Source of the DNA: Synechococcus sp.
GTDB lineage: Bacteria; Cyanobacteriota; Cyanobacteriia; PCC-6307; Cyanobiaceae
DNA: 64,000 bases
Reading direction: 5' to 3'
Assembly (NCBI GenBank): GCA_047284725.1
Contig: JBJBEO010000001.1
Location: forward strand, 2,264,203-2,328,202
Each line of letters starts with the position of its first letter. The stretch's first letter is position 1. This document shows positions 30,620 to 41,159 of the stretch, in pieces. The notes beneath the pieces were generated by a model. The model was not told the origin of the DNA, did no database searches, and was given only the letters and a program-made list of their open reading frames with translations. The translations under genes and the position numbers were made by a program.

Positions 30620-31575
30620 CAGATCTTCACCATTTCGCCCATCGCCTCATCAAACGACAACGGCTCAACCGACTCACTTCCGCTCCCTGGGAAAAAAGTA
30701 AATTCTCCAAAGAAAATTCGAGGAACATCCTGGACAAAGCTATAAAGATCAACACGTAAATATGGGAACTCTCGGGAGAAGGCAACTGCCATTTCCATCA
30801 TCTGATCCAGGTTATCCGGAGGCAATGGGGGCACCAAGGGCTGGGGGTAGACCCACGTCACATCTTGATAACACCAGGGAGGACGAAAGATCGCCACGGA
30901 ACGTTCTTGCGACTGAAAGCCTTGGTTAACCTGAATCATGAGGCAACGGCCTCGACTCATATGAAATTTATAATCAACCACCCCCCCACCACCATCGGGC
31001 TCAATCAACTCCTCAATTAGCAGACGTCTTGGCACAGGCCAATACGCCCACTCATGCTTATAAACCCCATAGGGGTAATCAAGCCATTGCCTGCACTTCA
31101 AACGCAAAGCATCACGATCCACCGCCTCCCTTTGATCAACAAAGTGATTCGCACCAGAGCGATGACTCGCCTTGATCAGAAAACGCTCGGGCAATGAATT
31201 CCAAGGGATTTGATTCACATCCGTCACAACAGCAAGCGTTCTGGCAACTCCCAAATCGAAGCCACTTTGATCAGCCCACTCCAACGCAAGATCTTTCGCC
31301 AAAATCTTATCAACAGCCCGAACAAAAATTCGTGGGGAACGACGAATCTTGAGGGCTGTAATTTTATGATGAAAGGTCCGAGGATTGTTCAGATCGAGCT
31401 CATACCCTGTGCGCCTTAAAAAGGCCTGATGCAGAGCGGGATAACCCGTCAAACGCTCCTTGAGTTGGAACGACCTGCCGCGCAATTCGTAAAAGGGAGG
31501 CGTTTCCCACAGCCACAACCGAAAGCGATTAATTGCCTTGAGGCCATGAATCAATCGTCGCCAAAGGCTGGTCAT
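30619..31575 (-). CDS. TupA-like ATP-grasp amidoligase
   Basis: LNNPRTF, VDK, FLIKASHRSG, HEWAY, IEELI, DYKFH, RVDLY and FGEFTFFPGSG. The upstream part of the track ORF is antisense to kdsD. Confidence 0.85.
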   Translation of the reverse strand: MTSLWRRLIHGLKAINRFRLWLWETPPFYELRGRSFQLKERLTGYPALHQAFLRRTGYELDLNNPRTFHHKITALKIRRSPRIFVRAVDKILAKDLALEWADQSGFDLGVARTLAVVTDVNQIPWNSLPERFLIKASHRSGANHFVDQREAVDRDALRLKCRQWLDYPYGVYKHEWAYWPVPRRLLIEELIEPDGGGGVVDYKFHMSRGRCLMIQVNQGFQSQERSVAIFRPPWCYQDVTWVYPQPLVPPLPPDNLDQMMEMAVAFSREFPYLRVDLYSFVQDVPRIFFGEFTFFPGSGSESVEPLSFDEAMGEMVKI

Positions 31576-31732
31576 GACACGCGCAGGCATCGACACAAGG
31601 CAACGACGAATGCCGTTCGAGCAACGGCAACCAGCACATTCTGCACGGCTGACCCAGGCACGGAAGGGGCATGAACCATGCGGTTGCATCACCCTTGAGG
31701 CCCCAGAATCGACGCAGTCGGTGTCTCTGTTG

Positions 31733-32719
31733 TTGTCTGCCCTCACCCGCTGCCTGCAGGAGGAAGCAGCCGCCATCGCCGCTGCAGCCGATCGCTTGAG
31801 CAGCGATGAAGTGGAAGGAGCCCTAGCCCTGCTGGAACGCTGCGCCGATCGCAAGGCCAAGTTGGTCATCACCGGAGTGGGCAAGAGCGGCATTGTGGCT
31901 CGCAAGATCGCCGCCACGTTCTCCTCCATCGGCCTGATGGCCCTGTATCTCAATCCCCTCGATGCCTTGCATGGGGATCTGGGGGTGGTCGCTCCCGATG
32001 ACGTCTGCCTGTTGCTCTCCAACAGTGGCGAAACCTCAGAGTTGTTGGAGGTTCTGCCCCACCTCAAACGCCGGGGCACAGCGCGCATCGCCCTGGTGGG
32101 TCGGGCTGAATCCTCCCTGGCCCATGGCAGTGATGTGGTCCTCGAAGCTTCCGTCGACAGGGAAGTTTGCCCGCTGAACCTCGCCCCCACTGCCAGCACG
32201 GCGGTAGCGATGGCCATCGGCGATGCCCTGGCGGCCGTCTGGATGGAACGGCGCGGCATCTCTCCCGCCGATTTCGCCATCAATCACCCGGCCGGCTCCC
32301 TGGGCAAGCAGCTCACCATGACCGTGGCCGACCTGATGGTCCCCGCCACGCAATTGCCCGCCCTCAAGCCGACCACACCTCTTGCGGAGGTGATCAGCCA
32401 ACTCACCCAAGGGGCCATCGGCAGTGGCTGGGTCGAAGATCCCCAGTCCCCAGGCCGCTTATTGGGGTTAATCACCGATGGTGACCTGCGCCGCGCCCTG
32501 CGGAACCACCGCAGCGACATCTGGGCAGACCTGCAGGCCAGTGACCTGATGACCTCCGATCCCATCACCGTGACGATCGAGCTGATGGCCGTGGACGCGA
32601 TTCAGCGCATGGAACACAACCAACGCAAACCGATTTCCGTGCTGCCGGTGGTGAATGGCGAAGGCCAGCTCCAAGGCCTACTGAGGCTTCATGACCTGGT
32701 GCAAGCAGGACTGGCTTGA
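31733..32719 (+). CDS. kdsD: Arabinose-5-phosphate isomerase (KpsF/GutQ; SIS plus CBS domains)
   Basis: GVGKSG, HGDLG, SNSGET, APTAST, HPAGSLG and ITDGDLRR. Start approximate. Confidence 0.93.
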   Translation: MSALTRCLQEEAAAIAAAADRLSSDEVEGALALLERCADRKAKLVITGVGKSGIVARKIAATFSSIGLMALYLNPLDALHGDLGVVAPDDVCLLLSNSGETSELLEVLPHLKRRGTARIALVGRAESSLAHGSDVVLEASVDREVCPLNLAPTASTAVAMAIGDALAAVWMERRGISPADFAINHPAGSLGKQLTMTVADLMVPATQLPALKPTTPLAEVISQLTQGAIGSGWVEDPQSPGRLLGLITDGDLRRALRNHRSDIWADLQASDLMTSDPITVTIELMAVDAIQRMEHNQRKPISVLPVVNGEGQLQGLLRLHDLVQAGLA

Positions 32720-33282
32720 TGAAAGGCCTGTTTCGCTCTCTGCAATGGCGACGGCAGCGAGCTCAACTGCGCCGCATCAAGCTTTTAGTGCTGGATGTGG
32801 ATGGCGTGCTCACCGATGGAGGCCTGTGGTTCGACCCCAACGGACTGCTGCTGAAACGCTTTGACGTCCGCGATGGCCTCGGTCTCCGCCTACTCCAACA
32901 GGCGGGGCTGGAGCTGGCCTTTCTGAGCGGAGGCAAGGGGGGAGCCACCGAGGTGCGGGCCAGGCAACTCGGCATCCAGCACTGTCTTGTGGGCATCAAA
33001 GACAAGCCCGCTGCGCTGCATACACTGCAACGGCAACTGGGCGCCACAACAGCCACGACTGCCTTCATCGGCGACGACCTCAACGACCTAGCAGTCCGCA
33101 ATCAGGTGGGGCTCCTCTTAGCGCCCGCGGATGCCTGTCTTGTGGTGCGCCGTCAAGCCGATGTGGTGCTCAGCCGAGACGGAGGCCAAGGCGCCGTGCG
33201 CGAACTGGCGGAACACATCCTCAAGGCCCGAGGTCTCTGGAAGGAGCTGAGCAACAACGGCTGGAGAGACCGTAATGACTGA
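32719..33282 (+). CDS. kdsC: Kdo-8-phosphate phosphatase (HAD family)
   Basis: LDVDGVLTDG, FDVRDGLG, GDDLND and GGQGAVRE. Confidence 0.93.
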   Translation: MKGLFRSLQWRRQRAQLRRIKLLVLDVDGVLTDGGLWFDPNGLLLKRFDVRDGLGLRLLQQAGLELAFLSGGKGGATEVRARQLGIQHCLVGIKDKPAALHTLQRQLGATTATTAFIGDDLNDLAVRNQVGLLLAPADACLVVRRQADVVLSRDGGQGAVRELAEHILKARGLWKELSNNGWRDRND

Positions 33283-34150
33283 CTCGCCCCCAACCCAAAC
33301 CCAACCGGGTGTGTTCCTGCTGGGAGTCGGGGCCCAGAAAGCTGGCACCTCTTGGCTACACCAGCAACTCAACATCCGCCGAGATACCGACTTTGGCTGC
33401 TTGAAGGAGTACCACGTCCATGACGCCCGCACGATTGAAGCGTTGTCCCGCTTCAGGCAGTTCAACATCAAACCGCGGCACCCCCGCACCTGGTTTCAGC
33501 CCCGTACTTGGCTGCGACAGTGGTTCATTCATCACCCAGAACGCTACACCGACTATTTCGCCTGGCTGTTGACGCGCCCCCATCTCAGGGGAACTCAAAT
33601 CCGCCTAACGGGCGATATCACCCCTTCCTATGCCCTCCTCGACGTCGACACCCTGAGAGAGATCAAGACCAGCTTTGCGAAGCGTGGCATCCCTGTGAAG
33701 CCCGTGTTTCTGATGCGCGATCCGATCGAGCGCATCATCTCCAGCCAGCGCATGAAACTCCGCAAACAAGGCTTACGGGATGCGGCCACGGAAATAGAGA
33801 CCCTCCGGATGCGGATCGCCAAGGGACGCGGCCTGCGCAGTGACTACAGCCAAACCCTGAACGCCCTTGATCAGTCCTTTGGTTTGGAGAACTGCTTCAT
33901 CGGCCTGTTCGAAACACTCTTTACCACCACCACCTACGCCGACCTCTGCACCTATCTGCACATCCCTTACCAAGAACCCGCCTGGGGCGAGAAGGTGAAT
34001 GAAAGCGCCACCTCCAACGTCATCCCCGATGACCTCCTAGCAGAGATGGGGCGAATGCAGGCCAGCGATCTTGTGTGTGCCCGTCAGGTGTTGCCCCATC
34101 TCTGCTTCGATCAGCTCTGGCCCACCGCCAGCCGCTGGTGCAAAGAGTGA
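33275..34150 (+). CDS. Sulfotransferase
   Basis: 5'-PSB motif GAQKAGTSWL, KEYH, DITPSY and 3'-PB motif MRDPIERIIS. Confidence 0.88.
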   Translation: MTDSPPTQTQPGVFLLGVGAQKAGTSWLHQQLNIRRDTDFGCLKEYHVHDARTIEALSRFRQFNIKPRHPRTWFQPRTWLRQWFIHHPERYTDYFAWLLTRPHLRGTQIRLTGDITPSYALLDVDTLREIKTSFAKRGIPVKPVFLMRDPIERIISSQRMKLRKQGLRDAATEIETLRMRIAKGRGLRSDYSQTLNALDQSFGLENCFIGLFETLFTTTTYADLCTYLHIPYQEPAWGEKVNESATSNVIPDDLLAEMGRMQASDLVCARQVLPHLCFDQLWPTASRWCKE

Positions 34151-34154
34151 GGCC

Positions 34155-34970
34155 TCAGCCCTGAGCCGCCAGCTGCCGGGCTTGCTCCAACTGCTCCGCG
34201 GTGTCCACCGATAGCGAGGTGCCCTCCACCTCGAAGGTGGCAATCGTGTGACCCGCCTCAATCAGGCGCAACTGCTCCAGCCGTTCCAGATCCTCCAGAG
34301 GAGACGCGGGCAGTTGATCCCAGGCCGCGAGCACATCCCCGCGGAAGCCATACATGCCCACATGGCCCCAGTAGTCCGTGTGCTCGTGCCAGTGGGCTGG
34401 ATCCACATCTCGCACATGGGGAATGGCGGAGCGCGAAAAATAGAGCGCCCGCCCGTCATGGGCCAGCAGCGTCTTCACCACTGCGGGATTGTGGATGGTG
34501 TCGGGCGACAGGCGATACACCGGTGTCACCACCGCTGGCACTGGATCACGCCGTCCGAATTCATCCACCATCGCGGTGACCACATCCGGCTCAAGGAATG
34601 GCTGGTCTCCCTGCACGTTGATCACCGCCGTGCTGGCCAGGCGCTGCTCACGGGCACCTGCATCCCAGCCATCCGCAGACTCACCCCAGGCGCGGGCCAC
34701 CAGCTGATCGGCCACCGAGGCAATCCGTTCACTGCCAGAACTGCAGGTCTCCGAGGTCATCAGCACCGGGAAACCCCAACCCTCTGCCAACTGCTGCAAA
34801 CGGGAACTGTCGGTGCACAACACCACTGCCGCCGGCCCCTGGGCCTTGGCGCATTGCTCCAGCACCCGCTGAATCATCGGCTTACCGCCAATCTCCGCCA
34901 GCACCTTGTCTGGCAGACGAGAGGACGCCAGGCGGGCCGGCACCGCCACAACAGACCGCTGAATCGTCAT
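34155..34970 (-). CDS. kdsB: CMP-Kdo synthetase
   Basis: PARLASSRLPDK, SGSER, NVQGDQP, ALYFSR and LERLEQLR. Confidence 0.93.
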   Translation of the reverse strand: MTIQRSVVAVPARLASSRLPDKVLAEIGGKPMIQRVLEQCAKAQGPAAVVLCTDSSRLQQLAEGWGFPVLMTSETCSSGSERIASVADQLVARAWGESADGWDAGAREQRLASTAVINVQGDQPFLEPDVVTAMVDEFGRRDPVPAVVTPVYRLSPDTIHNPAVVKTLLAHDGRALYFSRSAIPHVRDVDPAHWHEHTDYWGHVGMYGFRGDVLAAWDQLPASPLEDLERLEQLRLIEAGHTIATFEVEGTSLSVDTAEQLEQARQLAAQG

Positions 34971-35674
34971 CAGTCCCACAGCTTCATGGCGTCATCGCGG
35001 GCGGAAAACCATTCCGCCGCCAAGGGGCCACCCATGGTGCGCTGCTCCCGGAACCATGGCCCACCGAGCGTCCAATGCAACATCGGTGAGGCCTCCTGCG
35101 TCTCAGGCGGGGCCTGCACATCCACCAGGTGATTCCAGCCAGCCTGGATGGCGCCGATCTCATGGTCGCCCTCCAGCCAGTGGAAACGATGCAGCTCCAA
35201 ACCCGTGGCGGTGTTGACGTAATCGACAGTGAGCTTGGCGCAGCGGCTGCAGTTGAGCAGCATCAGCGAACTCCAGTTTTTCTTGGGATAGGCGCTCTGC
35301 ACTTCTCCAAGGAATTTCACCGTCTCGCCAGGGACATGCTCATGTTGCACGCACATAGCGCCGTAACGGTCATCGCGCTGATCCCACAGCGCCTTGATGT
35401 CGGAGCGGCAGAGCATGTCGCAGTCCATAAACAAGGCCCAGCCCTGATAGTCCATCAGGTGCGGTACCAGAAAGCGCGTAAAGGAGAAAGCTGTGCTTTG
35501 TTTCGGATCACGCTCGCGCCGATACAACCCCTGGGCCTCCAACTGGGGCGTCACCAACGGCGTGATCGCCAGGGGCACAGAGCTGTGTTGATAAAGGCTG
35601 TCGATCAACACGTTGGTGGCCGCCCGCTCCCGCGGGTCGTATCCGATGAAAATCGGGATTGGAGCGACGGCCAT
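34970..35674 (-). CDS. Small GT-A glycosyltransferase (GT8-like)
   Basis: IFIGYDPRE, STAFSFTRF, DXD motif FMDCD, KNWSS, WNHL and LHWTLGGPW. Confidence 0.75.
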   Translation of the reverse strand: MAVAPIPIFIGYDPRERAATNVLIDSLYQHSSVPLAITPLVTPQLEAQGLYRRERDPKQSTAFSFTRFLVPHLMDYQGWALFMDCDMLCRSDIKALWDQRDDRYGAMCVQHEHVPGETVKFLGEVQSAYPKKNWSSLMLLNCSRCAKLTVDYVNTATGLELHRFHWLEGDHEIGAIQAGWNHLVDVQAPPETQEASPMLHWTLGGPWFREQRTMGGPLAAEWFSARDDAMKLWD

Positions 35675-35695
35675 TCGTCTACATCTCGGCTGTGA

Positions 35696-36607
<912 letters not shown>

Positions 36608-36617
36608 GCCCTACCCC

Positions 36618-38465
36618 TTGCAACAGGCACAACCAGGTTCACTCACACGCCACAGCCGGCAGTTGCTCTGGGCCGCGTCAACGTTAGTGGGTCTATCGGC
36701 CATCGCCCTGGGCCTCGGCCATTGGATGAGGCTGCAATCCAGTCAGTGGACCACGACAGAATCAATACAACAATCCGCAGTCCTGCTGAATTACAACCTG
36801 ATCAGTCACGGCATTTGGCTGGCCCTCGTCATCGCACTCTTAGCGGCACTCTGGTACGAGCAATCCCAAAGTGTGCACAGCGGCCAACAAACCAAAGCAT
36901 TGGACCCCAACCGCAGAGAAAAGACCCGTGCGGCGCTTGATCTCTGGCACCAGATCAAGCTGCAACCAATGGCATGCCTAGTACTGGCTGCGACCTCAGC
37001 CTTTCTGATTCATGAAGCGAGCTGGTTCTACAAAGAAATTATTGGCTGGTATGACGATATCTATGCAGACAACCTACTAAACAACTTTTCGCTTCGGCCA
37101 AACCTCATCAGCGAGACGCTCACACGCAATGACTTTCGCTTTTACCCCATTGCGTTTGCAGACTTACAGATCCTCAGCTGGTTCACACCCTACGTAAAAA
37201 TCTGGATGATCTTCAATGCAATCGAACTGATTGCCACCATTGCCATCGGAGTGCGCATCATCAAACGCACGATGCACATGCCGGAGGCAAGAGAGTTGCT
37301 GCTGATGTTCAGCCTTCTCTACATCGCCACTGCACCGAGCGCCTTCAGCTACATGCAGTTCATCTACAGCGAGCGAATGCTAACCCTGCTATTCGCCGTC
37401 TTTCTTTGGAACTATATCGATTATAAAACTAACAACTCAGCCAAAGCCGCCAACACAGCCCTTGGCGCCGCCCTGCTTGGGACATTCTGCAAAGATACGG
37501 CCATCATTTTGTTTATCGTTCCTGCCATTGCAACACTGATCAGCAATCAATTGCAAACCACAGACGACCCCAGCCCAAAGTTGTCGCTCAAGAACTGGCG
37601 CTGCTGGACCAATCATTATCAATTTGAGTTACGCATTGTCGGTCTCGCACTGTTTTTTATTACGTCTTTTCTTTATCTCACCTATCTACCCAGCATCATC
37701 GCCGGCGAGCAGCGCTACGACGCCAACTTAACCATGACCCAATTTGAGCCCGATGCGCGCTTGGCCATGCTCACAGCTTATATCAGCCTAAGAGCATTCC
37801 AAATCGGCATAAGAAAGAGCAGGTTCACTCCGCTGGACGGGGCCAACCTTGCAGCCTTGAGCTATGTGGGCGCGTTGTATTGGCTTGTCGGCTACAGCTC
37901 AACCAACTACATGGCCCTGCCGATGCACTTGATCGCAGTGATCGACATCCTGGCGCTCTGGTGCATGGGGCCACGGCATTGGCTGAAGAACAAGGTCAAC
38001 CACAAAACCATCACAGCAGCTGGCCTGCTCAGCAGTGCAGCCGTGATCTACGTGGAACTTCAATTTCCCGGCAACGCCTACACGCGCGTCAAAAACATCA
38101 TGCGCACGCATCGATCGTGGCGAGCCACATTCAACCAATCTGCGTTGGTGCTGCGCGACGCCAAAAGACAAGGGAACGAAGTCAATGTAATCATCTCCAA
38201 GTCATGGTTTCGGCGATTTAACCACTTAAAAAGATTACACTACGACCGCCTAATCTATCTCAACGAAGATTCTATCACTTACCGCATCATCGATGGCAAA
38301 GACAAAGGCGGTTCTTACACTCCAGAGCCTGGCGACTTTTTTCTAGACCTCGACACAGGCAAGCGCAGAATCGAAGAGTACGGAATTAACACAACAAACT
38401 TTGAGCAGATTTACAAATTCAGCCCCAACGTCAGCAACGGTCACATATACATCAAACGCCGTTAA
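36618..38465 (+). CDS. Polytopic membrane protein, possible GT-C fold (paralog 1)
   Basis: Many TM helices plus a soluble C-terminus; WYDD, NDFRFYP, YSER and CKD motifs. Start uncertain (36570 or 36618). Confidence 0.65.
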   Translation: MQQAQPGSLTRHSRQLLWAASTLVGLSAIALGLGHWMRLQSSQWTTTESIQQSAVLLNYNLISHGIWLALVIALLAALWYEQSQSVHSGQQTKALDPNRREKTRAALDLWHQIKLQPMACLVLAATSAFLIHEASWFYKEIIGWYDDIYADNLLNNFSLRPNLISETLTRNDFRFYPIAFADLQILSWFTPYVKIWMIFNAIELIATIAIGVRIIKRTMHMPEARELLLMFSLLYIATAPSAFSYMQFIYSERMLTLLFAVFLWNYIDYKTNNSAKAANTALGAALLGTFCKDTAIILFIVPAIATLISNQLQTTDDPSPKLSLKNWRCWTNHYQFELRIVGLALFFITSFLYLTYLPSIIAGEQRYDANLTMTQFEPDARLAMLTAYISLRAFQIGIRKSRFTPLDGANLAALSYVGALYWLVGYSSTNYMALPMHLIAVIDILALWCMGPRHWLKNKVNHKTITAAGLLSSAAVIYVELQFPGNAYTRVKNIMRTHRSWRATFNQSALVLRDAKRQGNEVNVIISKSWFRRFNHLKRLHYDRLIYLNEDSITYRIIDGKDKGGSYTPEPGDFFLDLDTGKRRIEEYGINTTNFEQIYKFSPNVSNGHIYIKRR

Positions 38466-38469
38466 CACT

Positions 38470-40299
38470 ATGGACGCAGACCGTAACCGTGACCAGCAAG
38501 TGACTCCTGCATCCTCGGCAACGGCAGCTGCCTGGAAAGCTTGGTCTCAAAGCATTGCTCTATCAAGCGCCATTCTTCTCACAATCGGCCTGCTTCTCGG
38601 CCAAATCGTGCGCACACTGAACCAAACCGGCAACAGCCCGGCATTTGATTTACACACCTACAACGAAGTTGGCCATGGTCTCTTCATCATCCTCTGGATC
38701 ACAGCCGTCGCTCTTCTCGTGATCGCAGCATGGAAGAGCAGCAGAACCAAACCTCAGCTCGACGCCATCGCGCTCACAAGGCAGATCGTCGTGTGGGTCA
38801 AGCGCCACCCAATCACGACCATTCTTTTGGCCGCATACTGCCTGATGATGGTGAATCAAGCCAGTTGGTTTTACAAAGAAATTGTCACTTGGTATGACGA
38901 CATCCACACCGATCAACTCATCAACAATTTCTCCATCCGCTGGTCGTTCATCTCCGAAGTAAGAGGCCGCAATGACTTCCGCTTCTTTCCGCTCTCTCAT
39001 CAAGATCTCCACATCTTGAGCTGGCTAACCCCTTACCCCAAGATCTGGGCACTTGCCAGCGCCCTTGAGCTCATGATCACACTCCTTGCGGGCATCAAAT
39101 TAGTACAACGTATACAAGCCAAATCATCAATACCAGGGATCAGCTTAATCGCATGCTTGATATTTATGTTCACGCCATCTGCCGCGTACAACTACTTTCA
39201 ATTCATCTACAGCGAGCGCATTCTCACCCTCAGCCTGGCGCTATTCAGCCTGGCTTATTTAAGTTTTCAACGCTCACAAGAAGACAACTGTGCCCTGATC
39301 GTGCTTTTGCTGGCGTTGATCGGCTGTTTCACGAAAGACATTGGCTTTCTTCTCTTTTCGGTGCCAGCTATCGCCACAATCCTGCTGGGATCTCTCGGCA
39401 TGCACAAGCACTATCCCAGCTGGAAGCAGGTCTCCTGCCAGCAATGGCTGCAGGCGTACCGCCTAGAGATTGGCCTGTGCTCGTTAATGCTCTGCTTCTT
39501 TGCAGCCTTCACCTGGCTGAGCTACCTGCCAGGAATCGCCGCCGATGTTGACCGCTACGACGCCGGCCTGGGCTTCTCCCTTTTCGTGCCTGATCTGCGC
39601 ACATGCGTCGTCGTCGCCTACAGCCTTACAAGACTCTTCAAGGTTCTGCGCCGACAATCCAAAGCCAACCTGCTCGACTGCCTCAACGCAGGCGCCATCG
39701 CCTACGGGGCATCATTGTTTGCCTTAGTGGGCTATCAGAGCAGCAGCTACATGGCGCTGCCGATCCTGCTCGTCGCCACCCTCGACATTCTCATGGTTTG
39801 GGGCTCCTGGGCCCTACCGCGTCTCAAGCAACGGTGGCCCAAGGCGAAACCCGCCCTAGTCGGAGCAGGATGCAGCGCCGTCATCCTGGGATTGGAACAC
39901 ACCTCTCCAACCTCTTTCTTCCATCAAGTGAGCGACATGCGCTCAACCCAACATTCTTGGCAGGCCACTCTGCAAGAGACCATCCGCCTCGCTCAAACCA
40001 CCAAGGAAAAAGGCGAGCCCGTCAACCTCATCTTCTCCAAGTCCTGGTTCAAACACTCTGACTACCTACGTTCACTGCAGTTTGATCGCTTAATCTACAT
40101 CGACCCAGACACAAAAGAAACACGCATCGTTGCTGGCATCAACAAAGGCAAAACGTACCAGCCCAACACTGGGGATTATTTCCTCAACATCGACTCAGGC
40201 AAAAAGCTCAAAAAATACAACATTGACCTCAGCTCATACGACCTGATTTATGACTTTGACCCCTCACTGAGCCAGGGAAAAATCTATCGTCATCGCTGA
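38470..40299 (+). CDS. Polytopic membrane protein, possible GT-C fold (paralog 2)
   Basis: Colinear with the upstream gene: ASWFYKEI, NDFRFFP, QFIYSER, YMALP, SKSWF and DRLIY. Confidence 0.65.
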   Translation: MDADRNRDQQVTPASSATAAAWKAWSQSIALSSAILLTIGLLLGQIVRTLNQTGNSPAFDLHTYNEVGHGLFIILWITAVALLVIAAWKSSRTKPQLDAIALTRQIVVWVKRHPITTILLAAYCLMMVNQASWFYKEIVTWYDDIHTDQLINNFSIRWSFISEVRGRNDFRFFPLSHQDLHILSWLTPYPKIWALASALELMITLLAGIKLVQRIQAKSSIPGISLIACLIFMFTPSAAYNYFQFIYSERILTLSLALFSLAYLSFQRSQEDNCALIVLLLALIGCFTKDIGFLLFSVPAIATILLGSLGMHKHYPSWKQVSCQQWLQAYRLEIGLCSLMLCFFAAFTWLSYLPGIAADVDRYDAGLGFSLFVPDLRTCVVVAYSLTRLFKVLRRQSKANLLDCLNAGAIAYGASLFALVGYQSSSYMALPILLVATLDILMVWGSWALPRLKQRWPKAKPALVGAGCSAVILGLEHTSPTSFFHQVSDMRSTQHSWQATLQETIRLAQTTKEKGEPVNLIFSKSWFKHSDYLRSLQFDRLIYIDPDTKETRIVAGINKGKTYQPNTGDYFLNIDSGKKLKKYNIDLSSYDLIYDFDPSLSQGKIYRHR

Positions 40300-41159
40300 C
40301 GCGACGCTGAATACACCAGCCTTTGATTCAACTTCGACAACAATGGAAACAACAACGCCAGTTGTGCGACACCCGATGAAGCACCCATCCATGCAGCGTC
40401 GTAGCGAATAGCGCGCCCCTTGCTGGAATCAAACCGCATGCGGTTACCGGACAAAATATGACTACTGGAATAAAGCAACGGTTGCAGCATCTCGTCATGG
40501 AACTCCAGCCCTAGCCAAACGCAAACTCTCCGAAGGGCCTGCTCAGGATCTAGGGCCAACTCTTCATAGCCAAGCTGAAACACTGGCTTACCAGACCTCC
40601 GAAGCAGCCTCTCATGTCGAGCACTGAGGCGCCACCAGCGCAGCAGAGGACGAAGCCCAGGTAACCATGCTCCCTTTTTACGACCCTCCCGTGAACGGGA
40701 ATGGACCCAGCTGCGAACATCCCTGGTGAGATGAATCACTCGCACCTCCACTGCCGAGTCCTCAAGCAACGGCAGCACGAAGTCATCCTGAAAAGACTCA
40801 ACCACCCAAGGGGACGACCAAGAATCTGTCGACTTGCTGCGACGCAAACTCTCCAACAAATAGCCCAACTTCACTTGCAGAGGCTCTTCATCATGGGCGG
40901 GAAGCCAGTCCAGGACTGGGCCCCAAACGGGGCATTGAGCCGCCACCTGGCCACAAGTGCAAAGCCTTTCATGTCGTAGAGCTCCTCGCAACTGAGCAGG
41001 CCCCCGCTGACTCTCACCGCGTGCAGGCTTCTGCAGGACCCGCACGGCTTCTCCAAGCCCAATCATCTGTGGGTGTGCCCCAAGAGCGAGATCCAGGATG
41101 GTTGTGCCGCTATGACCAAGCCCTCGGATCAACAACAAGCGGAAGGACGGAGAACTCAT
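40290..41159 (-). CDS. Sulfotransferase
   Basis: GLGHSGTTILD, HLTRDVRSWVHS and YEELALDP. Confidence 0.82.
   Translation of the reverse strand: MSSPSFRLLLIRGLGHSGTTILDLALGAHPQMIGLGEAVRVLQKPARGESQRGPAQLRGALRHERLCTCGQVAAQCPVWGPVLDWLPAHDEEPLQVKLGYLLESLRRSKSTDSWSSPWVVESFQDDFVLPLLEDSAVEVRVIHLTRDVRSWVHSRSREGRKKGAWLPGLRPLLRWWRLSARHERLLRRSGKPVFQLGYEELALDPEQALRRVCVWLGLEFHDEMLQPLLYSSSHILSGNRMRFDSSKGRAIRYDAAWMGASSGVAQLALLFPLLSKLNQRLVYSASRQR

Noticed and set aside
31576..32283. N-terminal extension of the ATP-grasp ORF suggesting a fusion
   Set aside because: It is antisense to kdsD; the real domain starts near 31575.
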